DNA of 64,000 bases from Tubiluchus corallicola (Eukaryota; Animalia; Priapulida): NCBI GenBank assembly GCA_030141605.1, contig JAQGDQ010000069.1:1-64000 (forward strand). The letters run 5' to 3'. The position numbers and the translations under genes were made by a program. Of this stretch, positions 27,972 through 39,700 are shown piece after piece. The notes under the pieces are model-generated. The model searched no databases. It was not told the DNA's origin and saw only the letters and a list, made by a program, of their open reading frames with translations. Each line of letters begins with the position of its first letter. The first letter of the stretch is position 1.

Positions 27972-30209
27972 TGTGTTTGTGTGTGTGTGTAATAGAATAT
28001 AACAGATTATTTATAAGCCTAACTGTATAAATTTGAATCATTGTTTGTAGAGAATGTGGATATTTAGAGAAAACACACAAATATTAAAAAAAATTATAGA
28101 TTAATTTAGAAAATTTAGTAAACAGTCAGCTGATACTTAATAAGTTAAACTGCATCAGAACTATATAATAATATTTGGAGACAGGAAAAAAGACTGACTA
28201 ATTCTACTGGTATTTTAAACCAACCAGTAAAAAAATCTTAGGACTGTTTGTTTGGCAGCAGTTAGAAACTGCCTCCTTATCAGGCAGTCACTATCTTTGT
28301 TGCCATATTTGTTTTGTTTACAGTGTATCTTTATGTCACATACTTGACTGATTATCACTGATTGGTAAACAGCAGCATGAATTTAAATTTGGTAAAAAAA
28401 ACAGAGAATTTGGTAGCCATTTCATACTTTGCAAATTTTCATACTGGTTAACATAATGACGCTGCCTAAAAGAGCTTAGTAATCCCACACACTGAGGCAA
28501 ATGTACGGGGAAAATCAAACACTACCAATGTAGACAACTATCGGATGACACAAACATTTGAGATCACATAAAGACAAAAAAGTGCTGAAACTAGGCAGAG
28601 TTATGGACATGGAGGTCTACTCCATTAAATACCAGTTTACAGGCTTACTTCTTTCATTTTTTGCTGGCTTGTTAATTGCATAAACCTGTTTGTTTGTGAA
28701 GCACTATCTGCCAGTTGTTTGTTTGTTTACTTTAATAAAGCAGAAAATGTTCCTAGGATCTACAGCACTGCCAGTACGGCCCAAGGCCTCTTACATAAAT
28801 TCGCACATATATCAGGGAAAAACCAGGATATAAACTTACTTTGTACTTGTAAATCCAGTTCACGGATTTCTGTGAATCTGTCCCTCAGCTCCTCCGGGAG
28901 TTGCTCTATCACTAGAACGAAAAACGTAAGAAAACCTTATAAGAACACTAGTGTCATTACGGGCATCTAGGTAAACAGAAGCAGAACAAAACCAGAGCTC
29001 CAACTGTATCTCGGTCTGGGATAGACAAAATTTTTTCAAGATTTGGATGTAGATAAACAGCACTTGTTTAGTTTTCATCACAGACAAAGCTATCTTCACA
29101 ATTTCTTCATTGAAGCATTCTCTCAGATTTTCTAGTTGGCTCTCCACTATTATTTCCACTGCAAAGTTCGTATATGACAAAACTATTGTTTTTCTGGCAT
29201 ATTACGAAGAATTCACAAACAACAGATTTTCGCAATATCCACATAACTGAAGCACCACCATTAGCCATTTTACTGTTATTATGGATGCAAACTTTGGCTT
29301 CTACCATAAGTATTCGGGTATTGTCATCATATCACCATCAGTGAGGATTATTATAATGTTATTTTACAGGCATGAGCTTATTATTTCTTCGTTGGATAAA
29401 AGATTTATCTAATCATTTTAATGAAAGCATGAAATATTGCAGTAAACACGTAAGTTGTAGAGTTCAACAGTTGTGATTTATTACTAATGATTGCCAATGC
29501 ATTTGCAAAAGGTGTGCTGGATACTTTAGGCAACACTAAATTTCTAGGAATCTTTTGCATGACTTTAAGCAAGGACTGTTCAGTTGCTTACCAGGACACT
29601 TTTACCAGAACCGGACAAAACCCAAAACCAATAATTCCACTTTCCTAACAACCCTAGCTGAGAGTTTAAATATTTTCATATTTTAAGCCACAGAGTTAAA
29701 ATAATTGGTGTCAATTTCTTCATAGAACAAAAAAGTCCGCATTACGATGTGGCTTACTGTAAATTGCAGAAAACTGTTGTAAAACTAAATTTATTGATTA
29801 TAATTATGTATGCCACTGAGTAATTGTGTATTTTTTACTGGTTTTGTGAAGTGCTCATGAATATGAGTGCCTGCATTAATGATGTGCAGTTACAGATTTT
29901 TTTAAGTAGTATTGCCCTATAATTATGTATGAATGATTATATCACTATGTGTATTAGTACACTGCGTGGCATGTTCGCGCTTCATCGACAACACCGTGTA
30001 CTGTGGGGGTGCCGTTGACCAGAGTAAGGTGTGTCGCTCCACGGTACACAGCAAGGTCACATACGAGAATGTCGAGCAAGCGTGAACGTCCAAAATATGC
30101 TGCTGGTATTTTCGTTTATTTGGAATTCAAAAACACGTTAACAACCGAATCTGCCATCTATAAAAGCAATACTGTACTTACTTTCTAAGTAGTCTTCCAG
30201 ATAAAGCAT
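17496..30209 (-). CDS. ING3: Inhibitor of growth protein 3 (ING N-terminal coiled coil + PHD finger), 11 coding exons, ~387 aa
   Basis: Exons 30209-30182, 28911-28840, 27900-27794, 26913-26848, 26421-26325, 24936-24883, 23971-23837, 22517-22417, 19595-19450, 18336-18129, 17645-17496 (1164 nt, phases consistent). [108 protein letters not shown]...[10 protein letters not shown] are diagnostic of ING3. Confidence 0.96.
20251..20923. repeat. 26-bp minisatellite, ~26 near-identical copies (ING3 intron 8)
   Basis: Unit catgtatgtatttaagttatttacag repeated head to tail with few substitutions. Confidence 0.97.
21821..21900. repeat. 40-bp direct tandem duplication
   Basis: taacaatcttgtcatgctgtacttaatggaagttagcaa occurs twice in tandem. 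Confidence 0.85.
23002..23748. repeat. 37-bp minisatellite, ~20 copies (ING3 intron 7)
   Basis: Unit aattaacactctgaacaaaactgcttggaactgtgcc with scattered variants and no unique spacers. Confidence 0.95.
24960..25600 (-). mobile_element. Old LINE (CR1/L2-like) 3' fragment
   Basis: Degenerate minus-strand coding-like stretch followed by an aataaataaacaaacaaactaactaac simple-repeat tail at ~24960-24990. Confidence 0.4.
25753..26183. mobile_element. hAT-type MITE with 8-bp TSD
   Basis: Imperfect TIRs caagggcgtat / atatgcccctg, subterminal ccctaggct motifs at both ends, flanks gggaagaa (25745-25752) and aggaagaa (26184-26191). Related taggctgaataggctgaagcct motif at ~11930-11950. Confidence 0.7.
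27934..27990. repeat. (GT)n/(GCGT)n compound microsatellite
   Basis: Directly visible. Confidence 0.95.
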
Positions 30210-30520
30210 GTTCTTCTAAATTAAGTAACAACTAAACAAAACGTGAACACTGCAAAAAAATTTATAACAAAATCTGTATACTCACAACAAATACAGCAGC
30301 TCAGTAACCGAATTTGCAAAAAGCGTAAACTTTTATTCATCAAATAAGTTTCTTCACAGTTGGCTTTAAACAACATGGGTTTTGACGCCATTCTAGTGTA
30401 GTGTTCATAGTCGTGAGTAGAATGCAATTTGCTCGATAGAAAACAGTATCATTAGCGAACATTTTAGCCGTCAAAACTCAAAGCCGCATTGCCAGGAAGC
30501 GTATTGACGTGGACAATTAT
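30210..30520. promoter_or_regulatory. Probable bidirectional promoter region of ING3 / AMT
   Basis: Divergent genes; locally CpG-richer; YY1-like cgccatt at 30386-30392; plus-strand donor-like GTGAGT at 30413 that could join the AG at 33698-33699 just before the AMT ATG. Confidence 0.45.
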
Positions 30521-30911
30521 ATAATAATTAATTATGTAATTATATAATAATAACTATATAATAATAATAACAACAATAATATAAGTAATAATATTTTGCT
30601 GCTTGAGAGTAAGAACTGTTTAAATGACCTTTTTCAAGAGTGAATTATGGCCACAGTTTACATCAGAACCATTACATCCATAAGTCATCATAACATATTC
30701 TAGTGCTGCTATCCTATTTTAACAGTTATAATTAGATTACATTTCCACACTTGTAACTGCACATTGCATAAAGTGCTCAGTGCAAAAATGTTGCATTTGC
30801 CACATCAAGAATGTGTAATATGTTCAGTACAAAAGAAGTATATCTGCAACAATGAAACACCACTAATTTTTCAGATTTTAACTGCTGGTATGTTTCTCTA
30901 CCATCCTGGAT

Positions 30912-31320
30912 CAGGACCGTAGTCGGCTTTTGAAAAGTGGTCCGGTAACAGATACGGAACAGGTAGAAAAAGAATACAGCAGCAACATATAGAAGAGTAT
31001 ATTATAATTTATAATACAGAGTTATAACATAATAGAGCACTACACATACTCAATGATGACATGATTGATTAAAACTTCCCAAACACACATCTGTGCCGCT
31101 CATTTCTAGCAGTAAACTCGTTCGCAATTTCCTTCAGGTCGAGAGCGTCTGTTCTATCCATATGTACATGCAAAGTCATGAGATTGTTCAGTCTAGTTTG
31201 AGTTATCGTACTCCGCAAATAAGTTTTTACTCTACGCAGGGCTGAGAATGTCTAGGCACGTATGGCAGAAAAATTGGTCTGGCCATGGCCAGACCGGCCG
31301 GACCGCCGACTACGGCCTTG
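30912..31320 (-). mobile_element. Non-autonomous hAT-derived element with 5-bp TSD, copy 1
   Basis: TIRs caggaccgtagtcggc / gccgactacggccttg; TSD tggat both sides; minus strand keeps a hAT dimerisation-domain C-terminus FSALRRVKTYLRSTITQTRLNNLMTLHVH..LDLKEIANEF..VFGKF*. Confidence 0.88.
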
Positions 31321-32399
31321 TGGATATAGTATATTTTTATTTGTGCTACGATAATTAACCACTTCTATGCTCATTGTTCACTCGTAACCACCTGTCAAGA
31401 CTTGCTGTGCACATGCTGTTTAACTTTATAAGCTCTAAGCATATTATTTTCGAAACTGTGACCCCAGTGTAACTTGCATTAATATTGCAAATTAATAATA
31501 AAACAGATACAAAGACAGAAAAAAATTCGTGTATCGGCAATAGCAAATGTATACTAGTCAACATATGAGCACTGCATATACCACAAAAACAAAATTGCCA
31601 ATTTGCCAAAAGTTATCATAATACTAAACTTAATGAAAGTTTTGACATATATTATACAAAATCCACAAAGTTAAAGCAGTTTTGAGAACTAGTCTTTTAC
31701 AGGAGACTGCCAATTCTTCTTCGTCATTCTCTCAGAAAATGCTTGAATGCAAATGTTCTTGCTCTCATGCAACCCCTTGGCCATTAACTCATGTTATTAT
31801 ACGTTGCTTGGTTTGGGAAAGTGGACCAAGATTATACTAACCAGTCAGGCTTTAAAATTGACATAAAGTTCTTGCTTCGTGCCAATCTGCACGGCATGTG
31901 CGATTGTGCTTGTCAGTGAAAAGTTGTAAACAAACGAAGTCAAGACTTATGTACTGTTCAATTCAATTAAATTTTTTAAAACTTGCCAGAGTAAGTGAAA
32001 ATGTACAACATTTTATTGCTTATTTCTCACAGTGTTTGACTACTGTAAGATGTTGCTTACACTATGCTCCTTGATAAAAAAATAATGCTTTCCAATGTAT
32101 TAAATACCAGTTAAATAACTGTTCTACTTCTAGTCTGAAGAATGTTTGCCATGAAAACCTCAAGTGAAATGCATAAGCAACAACTGGCTAGTCTTTACAG
32201 TTATATATTCATTTATATTTGTCATTCAGTTGCAGCGCAAAGCCAGTTTTGAAGCACTGAACAAGTTAAATGGGACTGCCATTATAACGTAATCAGCAGA
32301 AGCAAATGTTTGCTTTTAATATTGGCACAAACTTTGAAAAGTTCTAACATAAATCATTGTGTTTAGTTAGATGTTGTATAAGTCACTATAGATGAGGTG

Positions 32400-32700
32400 G
32401 AAATACAAGACATCTAGCAGCAAATTACATTTACATGTATAGAACCAACAACAACTTATTTCCAACTTTTTTTGAAAATCCAGTCAAGATAAATGTAAAA
32501 AAATACAATACCAGACATAATGAATATATACCAAGACGTTGTAGAACAAATATGGCGAAATACTTCATCAGCTATATGGGGCCAGTCCTATGGAACAGAC
32601 TAAGCCGCAATTCGAAATGTAGTCACTCCCTTTTAACTTTTAAAAAAACCGTCAGAAAAGAAATATTTCAAAAGTATTGAAGAGTAACACAATTTGATAA
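32400..32700 (+). mobile_element. LINE (CR1/L2-like) ORF2 3'-end fragment
   Basis: YNTRH..Y.PRRCRTN...FISYMGPVLWNRL....K.SHSLLTFKK is the typical ORF2 C-terminal pattern. Confidence 0.7.
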
Positions 32701-33704
32701 TGGTAATAACCTGCATTTTTTGCTACAGTAATCTTAATGTAACGTGACTATGTTTAACAGGATACTGAACACTTTGTAACCATGATCACAGTTTTTCTTA
32801 GTTTCTCGCTCCATTTCATCTTTCATTCACTACTCCCCCCCCCATTTTTTTAAGATTTCCACATACAGTTTGGCCTGTCAAGCTATGCTTTTAGGCTCAA
32901 ACTGTATGCATCAAAAAATTATTCTGTAATGAAATTTGCACATGTATATCCCGCATTATGAAATTTCTTAATAATATTGCATTTATTCATATTTATATTT
33001 ATATTTACTCAAATGGAAAATTATCTGTATTTTAATGCTAATTGTAATGATGCAATGTGGAAAATGAATAAAACTCTTGAAACTCTTGAAACTCTTAATG
33101 TAAACATTACAGAAATTGACTAACTTCACTACACTGCACATTGCAGTTTCAGAATCACATTGTGAACTCTGACAATGCTTTTTTATTAGCGATTGCAAAC
33201 TGTGATTTGAGATATGTCTCACCTCATTCTTAATCTAAATTGTGGCTTGATAAATTTGCTGACTTTGGTTTGAGTTGTCTGTGCTGCCTCTAATTTGCTG
33301 TATTTTTAATTCATTTTTATTAACTTTTTATTGCTTGATATGTGTTTTCTTTTGTGCTAATTTATAATTTGTTTATTTGCTTGAGTGTAATATATTACGT
33401 GAGATTTTTATCTGGCCTTTGATGCCAAAAACAACTCTATCACTACTACTACTACATGTCTACTTGTGCAATGATACTTACTTAGTATACTTAGTATTTC
33501 ACCTTTTAGTTTCCAGTAATTATCTGCTACAAATGTTTTTGCACTAGTATAAAAAACTTAATAATTATACTGAAGAGACAGTATTTCCATTATTTGTAAA
33601 GACAAACTATTTTTACTGAAGAAATTAAGTCTGAAGGTCAACACAGTTATTGATGTAGTCAGCAGTTTTGCTCACTTTAACGGTATCTCTTTTTTAAAGC
33701 CAAA

Positions 33705-36700
33705 ATGGAGAGAACGTTAGCTTGTGTTTTGAAGCAGCAGTTTCGTCCACAGATCACAAAGCTGTCCCGCCACCATGCTACTCAGGTTTGTAACTAAACA
33801 ACTTGTTTGGATGATAGATATTCTAAACAAAAACTACAACTAAGACTAAAAGATGGTATAAAGTTATATATCCATAAATGGGGGGAATCAATCATGGAGA
33901 TACAGTACTACATCGCCCGTAAGCTATTTTAGTTTTTTACATAAATTAGATCTCAAGTAATTGGACTATATTGATTTTCTTAAATGTACTCAGATACGAT
34001 ATTGTCTCCAGTTGATAACGCTTGAAAATTTGAAAAAAATATGTGGTATCTAGTCTGTAGAGGCTCTGTATTAGTTTGATAATACAGAGCTTATTTTTTA
34101 TTGACTATTCAACAGTTAGCAAGCAAGCAAAGAAGCATAGCACATTTCTTTTTATAACATTAAGCTGTAGTCTTTAAATTTGTCAAGTGATATGAGTTTA
34201 CATTAGAAAAATATGGGTTGAGGAAGATGTTAATTGAAAAGACCTGATTTTTGAATAACGATATACCTGGGTGTTTCATTTATTTATAAGTACTTTTAAT
34301 TAGTATAAGTTGTGCTTATTACCATTCAATTTTATATTGAGATAATAAGTGATTAGTTCACAAAAAACACCAAATTCTAAGAAAGCCTTGTTTTAAATCT
34401 TGTAGGCTTCATTGAAAAGGACATTTCTCCATGACTTCCACAAGTCAAATGGTGGAAAGATGGTCCCATTTGCTGGTTATGAAATGCCCGTACAGTACAA
34501 AGATGGCGTAGCAAGCTCGCATCTGCACGTGCGAGAAAAAGCAGGACTCTTTGATGTCTCTCATATGTTGCAAACAGAAATTCACGGCAAAGACCGGATC
34601 AAGTTCATAGAAAGTTTGGTATGTCTATTAAAATTGCCAAATGACGGTTTTTAATTTTAGAACACATGGGATTTATGCATAGTCACACATGTTTACGTAG
34701 TTAAAAAAACATCAGATTGATTTAAATTTGAGTAGTAATAAATAGAAATAATTAGGATCATCTGCCATTATCATTCACTCACAGTTTGTTAGTTATTGAA
34801 AGGAGAATTCTTTTTCAATTCTTAAAAATCACATGATGACAACAGTGCTGTCATGCTTGATCAGTGGCAATAATAACGGTTTTGTGTCAAAAAGCCGATC
34901 ACATACAATAATCTTCGATCAACAAGACAATGTAAAATTTTACAATAATGGTCCATTACTGTCTATTACAATGCCCAATACAACAGAATTTATGATTAAA
35001 TGTGTATCTAGAGTTATGTATTCAAACGGTTTGCCATTAACTAGGAAATTACAATTGTTTGAGTCTTGCTTGCAACCAGCAGTTGTTTAGCCAATTAGCG
35101 AAGCCACTCACTAGAGATCAAGTGCTTGCCTGATCTAATAATTTGAGTACATTCTCTTAGCAATTTTATGTTGCTTCAATTGCTTGTGTCTTAAAATGAT
35201 TCTCAGCATATGGAGCAAAAAAAATTGTATTTGATTATTGATGAAAGTGTAAGCTTTCAAAAGACCTTTTGCATCTGACAGATCCATAATTGTTATTACT
35301 GCTACCTTGTCTAGTTGACAACTGGAAGACCACGCTACTGATACACTGACGTTTTGCAGGTAGTGGGTGACATAGAACGGTTAGAGCAGAATCATGGCAC
35401 GTTGACTCTCTTCACAAATGATCAAGGTAAAGACAGGTAAAAACAACATGTGTGTAGTTTTTATAGCCCTTTTTTGGTTTCCAGCTTATCACTGGCATGA
35501 TTAGATTACTTGTTAAAGTAATGATAGCTTATTAATTGATTGGTGTCACTTCCAATCTAGGGCTGCCAGATTAGTAAATTAGAAATACGTGACACTCTCA
35601 AAATCTCTCTCTATATTACTATGTATATAAATTTATACAAGCCTACACACCCAGGCTAATATATTATATAAACGGAGAGGCATAAGTTAAAAACATAAAG
35701 CAAGAATTCTAATGTGTTATGAGAAAAACAAAACTGAAATCGTCTGAAAATTATTTAATACTGAGCTCAGAAGATGTCAGAAGGGAGGGAGGAAATTTTT
35801 TATAACACTTTATAAATGTTTAGGACTAAATCACGGAATATTTAAAATCAGTTTAAAATCAATTGAGGTCAAAGTAAACTTTCCACTGGTTAGTAGCAAT
35901 GTTTTAAATTTTTTCAATGTGCATTTTTCACACCGTTTTTTTAGCTTTTTTTGTGTTACTAAATTATTGTATAATTAACCATTATCATTTTGTATGGTAT
36001 GAACGTATATTTTGATAATTATGGCATAAGCGGCAACACTGGTTGGTATTAATATGCTGATTTCGCAGAGAGAAAACGCTACTTTTTGCCTCCAATATGA
36101 TAGTTAGTATGGTACAAAACGGCAACCCTGGCCGAGAGTTAGCCGTAGACAAACATGGCTGTGTCTTCGCCAAACAACGATGTTATAATAATCATTGCAT
36201 TTTACATTTTAAGTTAAAAAAATATGTTTTTATATGACTGCGCCAGGCAAGTATATGAAGGTATAAAAGTCTTATAAATTCCCGGTGGGTATGTGATGAA
36301 AAAATATTCCCCCGGACGATCAGACGAAAACAGAAGTATTTTTATTGTCTGCCTAAATTTTACGTATTCTTTATAGAAAAACTTTCTGCACTTAAGTAAC
36401 CAAATAATAATGATGACTGTTAACATTTTATGTACAAGAAAAACCTACATTACATGAAAAAAAATATAGTGAACAGCAAGGACTGTAATATACATCTGCA
36501 GTTCTTAATTGTACTACATCACGTTATTGTCGGTATCCATTTTTATTGCTATTATTTTGTCTACTGATTTTTTTCATAGGTGGCATCAAGGATGATTTGA
36601 TTGTAAATAAAGTGGATGGAGATTTTTTATACATTGTATCGAATGCAGGTTGCGCAAATAAAGACTTGGCTCACTTAAGGGTAATTATTAATTATTCACC

Positions 36701-39700
36701 ACTCAGCACTTATAATGCCTGTTTACTTTCTCCACCAACTTTTGTGTCTTTCCAGTTACCCCCTACCACCCCCCACCCCCACACACACCGCATGATTGCA
36801 AAATATAAATGCAATGTAGCTGACACATCATTCGTAACAGATCTGTGATTGATACTGATAGGTAAAAACTGCGTTTACCAAAAAATCATCTACAATTTTT
36901 TAGATGAGTGAACCTCTAACGTGTCTTTGCATACTCATACAATATACATGCATATATCCTCACTTAGTGAGCTTTCATGGCATCTATATGACTACGAAGT
37001 TAAGTAGCACTGGTCCTGGTTATGTTGGTAGATGGATGAGCAACCGATTTCAAAACTAATCTTGGGTGATTTTTTCAGCCATACTACTTCCAGCTGATGC
37101 CAGTTCTACTTAAGTTCTGCTAAACCATAAGTAACACGAAAGCTTGATCATTCAACCATTTTCCTCTTCTTTTCAAATTTCTGTTGTATCACAATATTTT
37201 AAATCAGTCTCATGAACATTAAGCATTAGGGGTTCAGCATTGAATTCAATTCGAACGAGTTTTTTAGGTCGAATTTGATTTGAACCCAAAACTATAGATT
37301 CAAATAATTCAGCACTTCAATCACATACGTTCTTTATCGTTAAACTGATTGAAATATAGCATGCAATTAGCAGAATTCAGCTGTGATTTCTAAGCACAAT
37401 TTTGAACAAATTGTGGTTCTTTGGTTTTACTGGAAAACAAAATCGAGTAATATGCATGATTTTTGTAAGACAAATTTTTACTGGTGGTTCGAAAACTTGT
37501 TGGAAAGTCTTTCAATCTCAATTCGAATTCGAAATACTGAAGTTCAGTTCGATTCGAATTCGAAGGTTGTAAATTCGATTCTAATTCGCTTTCTGGCAGA
37601 GAATGCTCACCCCTATTAAGCATCTCTGTAGTGAACTCTTCATGAAACTTGACTATGATAATTATATCGATTATCTTATTTAGAAAACACCCATAAGATA
37701 CCCTTGACTATTGAAATGTCCCATTTAAAGTTCTAATCAAGCTTAGCAGTAGTGGGCCCATTGTGTTATGTAATGTGTTTTTCACAGTGCAGTGAAAAAC
37801 GTTGGAAAATTAAAATAAAGAATGTGTACTTGTCACTAGCTCACTTTATTACTGATCACATAGAAGCCTAGTTAGGTGTGGCATTATGTGATCAGCTGAT
37901 GTTCGTTCGGCTGAAGTGAAGATTGATGATGTAATCCTTATGCGCAGAAGGTCATGACGCATTAGGGAGTTAGACAAAAGTGTTCTGAGGCCCCCACCTG
38001 GGGGAGATTAGGAACTGACTTGGAGACGCAGAGCTGGCATTACTATCCTCTTATATTTACCGTGTTGTGTTTGATCTTTAATAAATGTGTAGTTTATTAA
38101 ATAAAGTCTTGATAGTTTCCCATGCCCATCGTGGCTGCCTCACACGCCACGCAATAAACAACAATAATCAGCAAGCAGCTCTTACCACTATCATAAACAG
38201 ACTTTAATGCAACCACTATACAAATTATTTTACCTTAACCGATTGAACCTATTAACCGATAGGCGTTGTATTACTGCTGTAGAAGTACGAGTAACAGAGC
38301 TTGCTATGCTGATGCATAAGCTTTTAATCAATTTTAGAAACGAAGTAATGCCTAAATTCCTTTGTGTCACACTCCACTTGGCAGTCTTTTCCTGTGCATC
38401 GCCTCTTAGATGCTAGATTCTCATTTTGGTTTGCTCACTGCTCAATTTCAGATCGTTTTTTCAATATTCTGTCGAGATTACTTTGGGAAATTTTCAACTG
38501 TGTACACCTCTGCACCATCTTTGGAATCCTACTGCTCTAAAATTTTCAGTTTCTCCTTAACTGTTAGGTCTTTACGCTTATGCTGCATTGGTGTTTCAGT
38601 TGGTGTAAGACTAACCTAGGCCTTTTTAAGCCTATCTAAAGAGTTACTAAACTTTTATTCGCCCTCCGAGCTTCACAGACTGTATTCTACTCCTGTTTAA
38701 GTGCTTCTAACATTTAACAACAGCTGACTTGCTGGGGGACAGCCAGTTAATGGTGAAACAACTCAACCGAAAGTGGTTATCAATTGAGACTGCATCATTT
38801 CGTCTTAAATCGCTTGCACTTGCTTTTTGTGGAATTAGTAGCTGTTTACTTTGAATATTGTTATGTGGATTTTTTCCGTTGCTTTTTTAGGGTAGCTTGG
38901 AGCAATTCAAGTCAGTGGGGGGTGACGCTGAAGTGATTACGATTGAAGACAAAGCACTTATTGCACTGCAAGGTGAGAAAATTCAGTTCTCTCCAGTTCA
39001 TTTACCTGTACAAATATATTATTTGGTTTATGATTGTGTGAACTTACTAACAAGGTGATGCTAGTCATAGTTTTTTGTGCTGTGGAAGACAAGGTACCAA
39101 AATAACGGTATTAATAATTAGCATGTTCCAGGTCCATCAGCAATAAGGGTCTTACAGTCCGGACTGAATGATGATTTGTCAAAGTTGACATTCATGACAA
39201 CCATTGTTACCACGTTGTTTGGTATCCCAGAATGCCGAGTGACACGGTGTGGCTATACTGGTGAGGATGGGGTGGAGGTAATTAGCACTTACTAAAAAAA
39301 CATTTTTACATCATGCTTGCTAGCTTGTTTATGTGGTGTTTGTTTAGTTAGATAGTCTGTATCTGAGTGTAGCCCATGGACTCCTAGAGTCTCCTTTACG
39401 TCACTACGTTGGACATAAAGGTGTTCTTAATACGCAAAAGACAGGTAGAAATTTGTTAGCTCTTCTATTGATCACCTGTCAGCTCCTCTAATATCTCTGC
39501 TGCTACACCAAATTTGCATAGATTTCAGGAACCAGCCATGCCCTATTAAAAGTAGGCAAACTCTTTTACAAAGCAAAGCATGGAACACCACAATATTCTA
39601 AATTTGGTCATAGCTGGCAGCTGTGTCTCAATTGGTTTGTAGACCTTACTTCACATTAATTTCTAATTAATATTATGGAGCAGTGCTGTACTCACAAACT

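Noticed and set aside
29968-30091. Glycine riboswitch (given the downstream gcvT homologue) or HDV-like ribozyme
   Set aside because: Lacks the GGAGA/CCGAAG/CUCUCAGG cores of glycine aptamers, and no valid HDV P3-L3/P1.1 arrangement could be built; kept only as an unidentified structure.
35558-36130. Possible MITE with tagggctgcc / ggcaaccctg ends
   Set aside because: Ends are hAT-like but flanks give no matching TSD, so boundaries cannot be supported.
37923-37988. Possible C/D-box snoRNA (TTGATGA...CTGA) in AMT intron 4
   Set aside because: Imperfect C box, no terminal stem, no recognisable rRNA-complementary guide; adjacent to a dispersed repeat.
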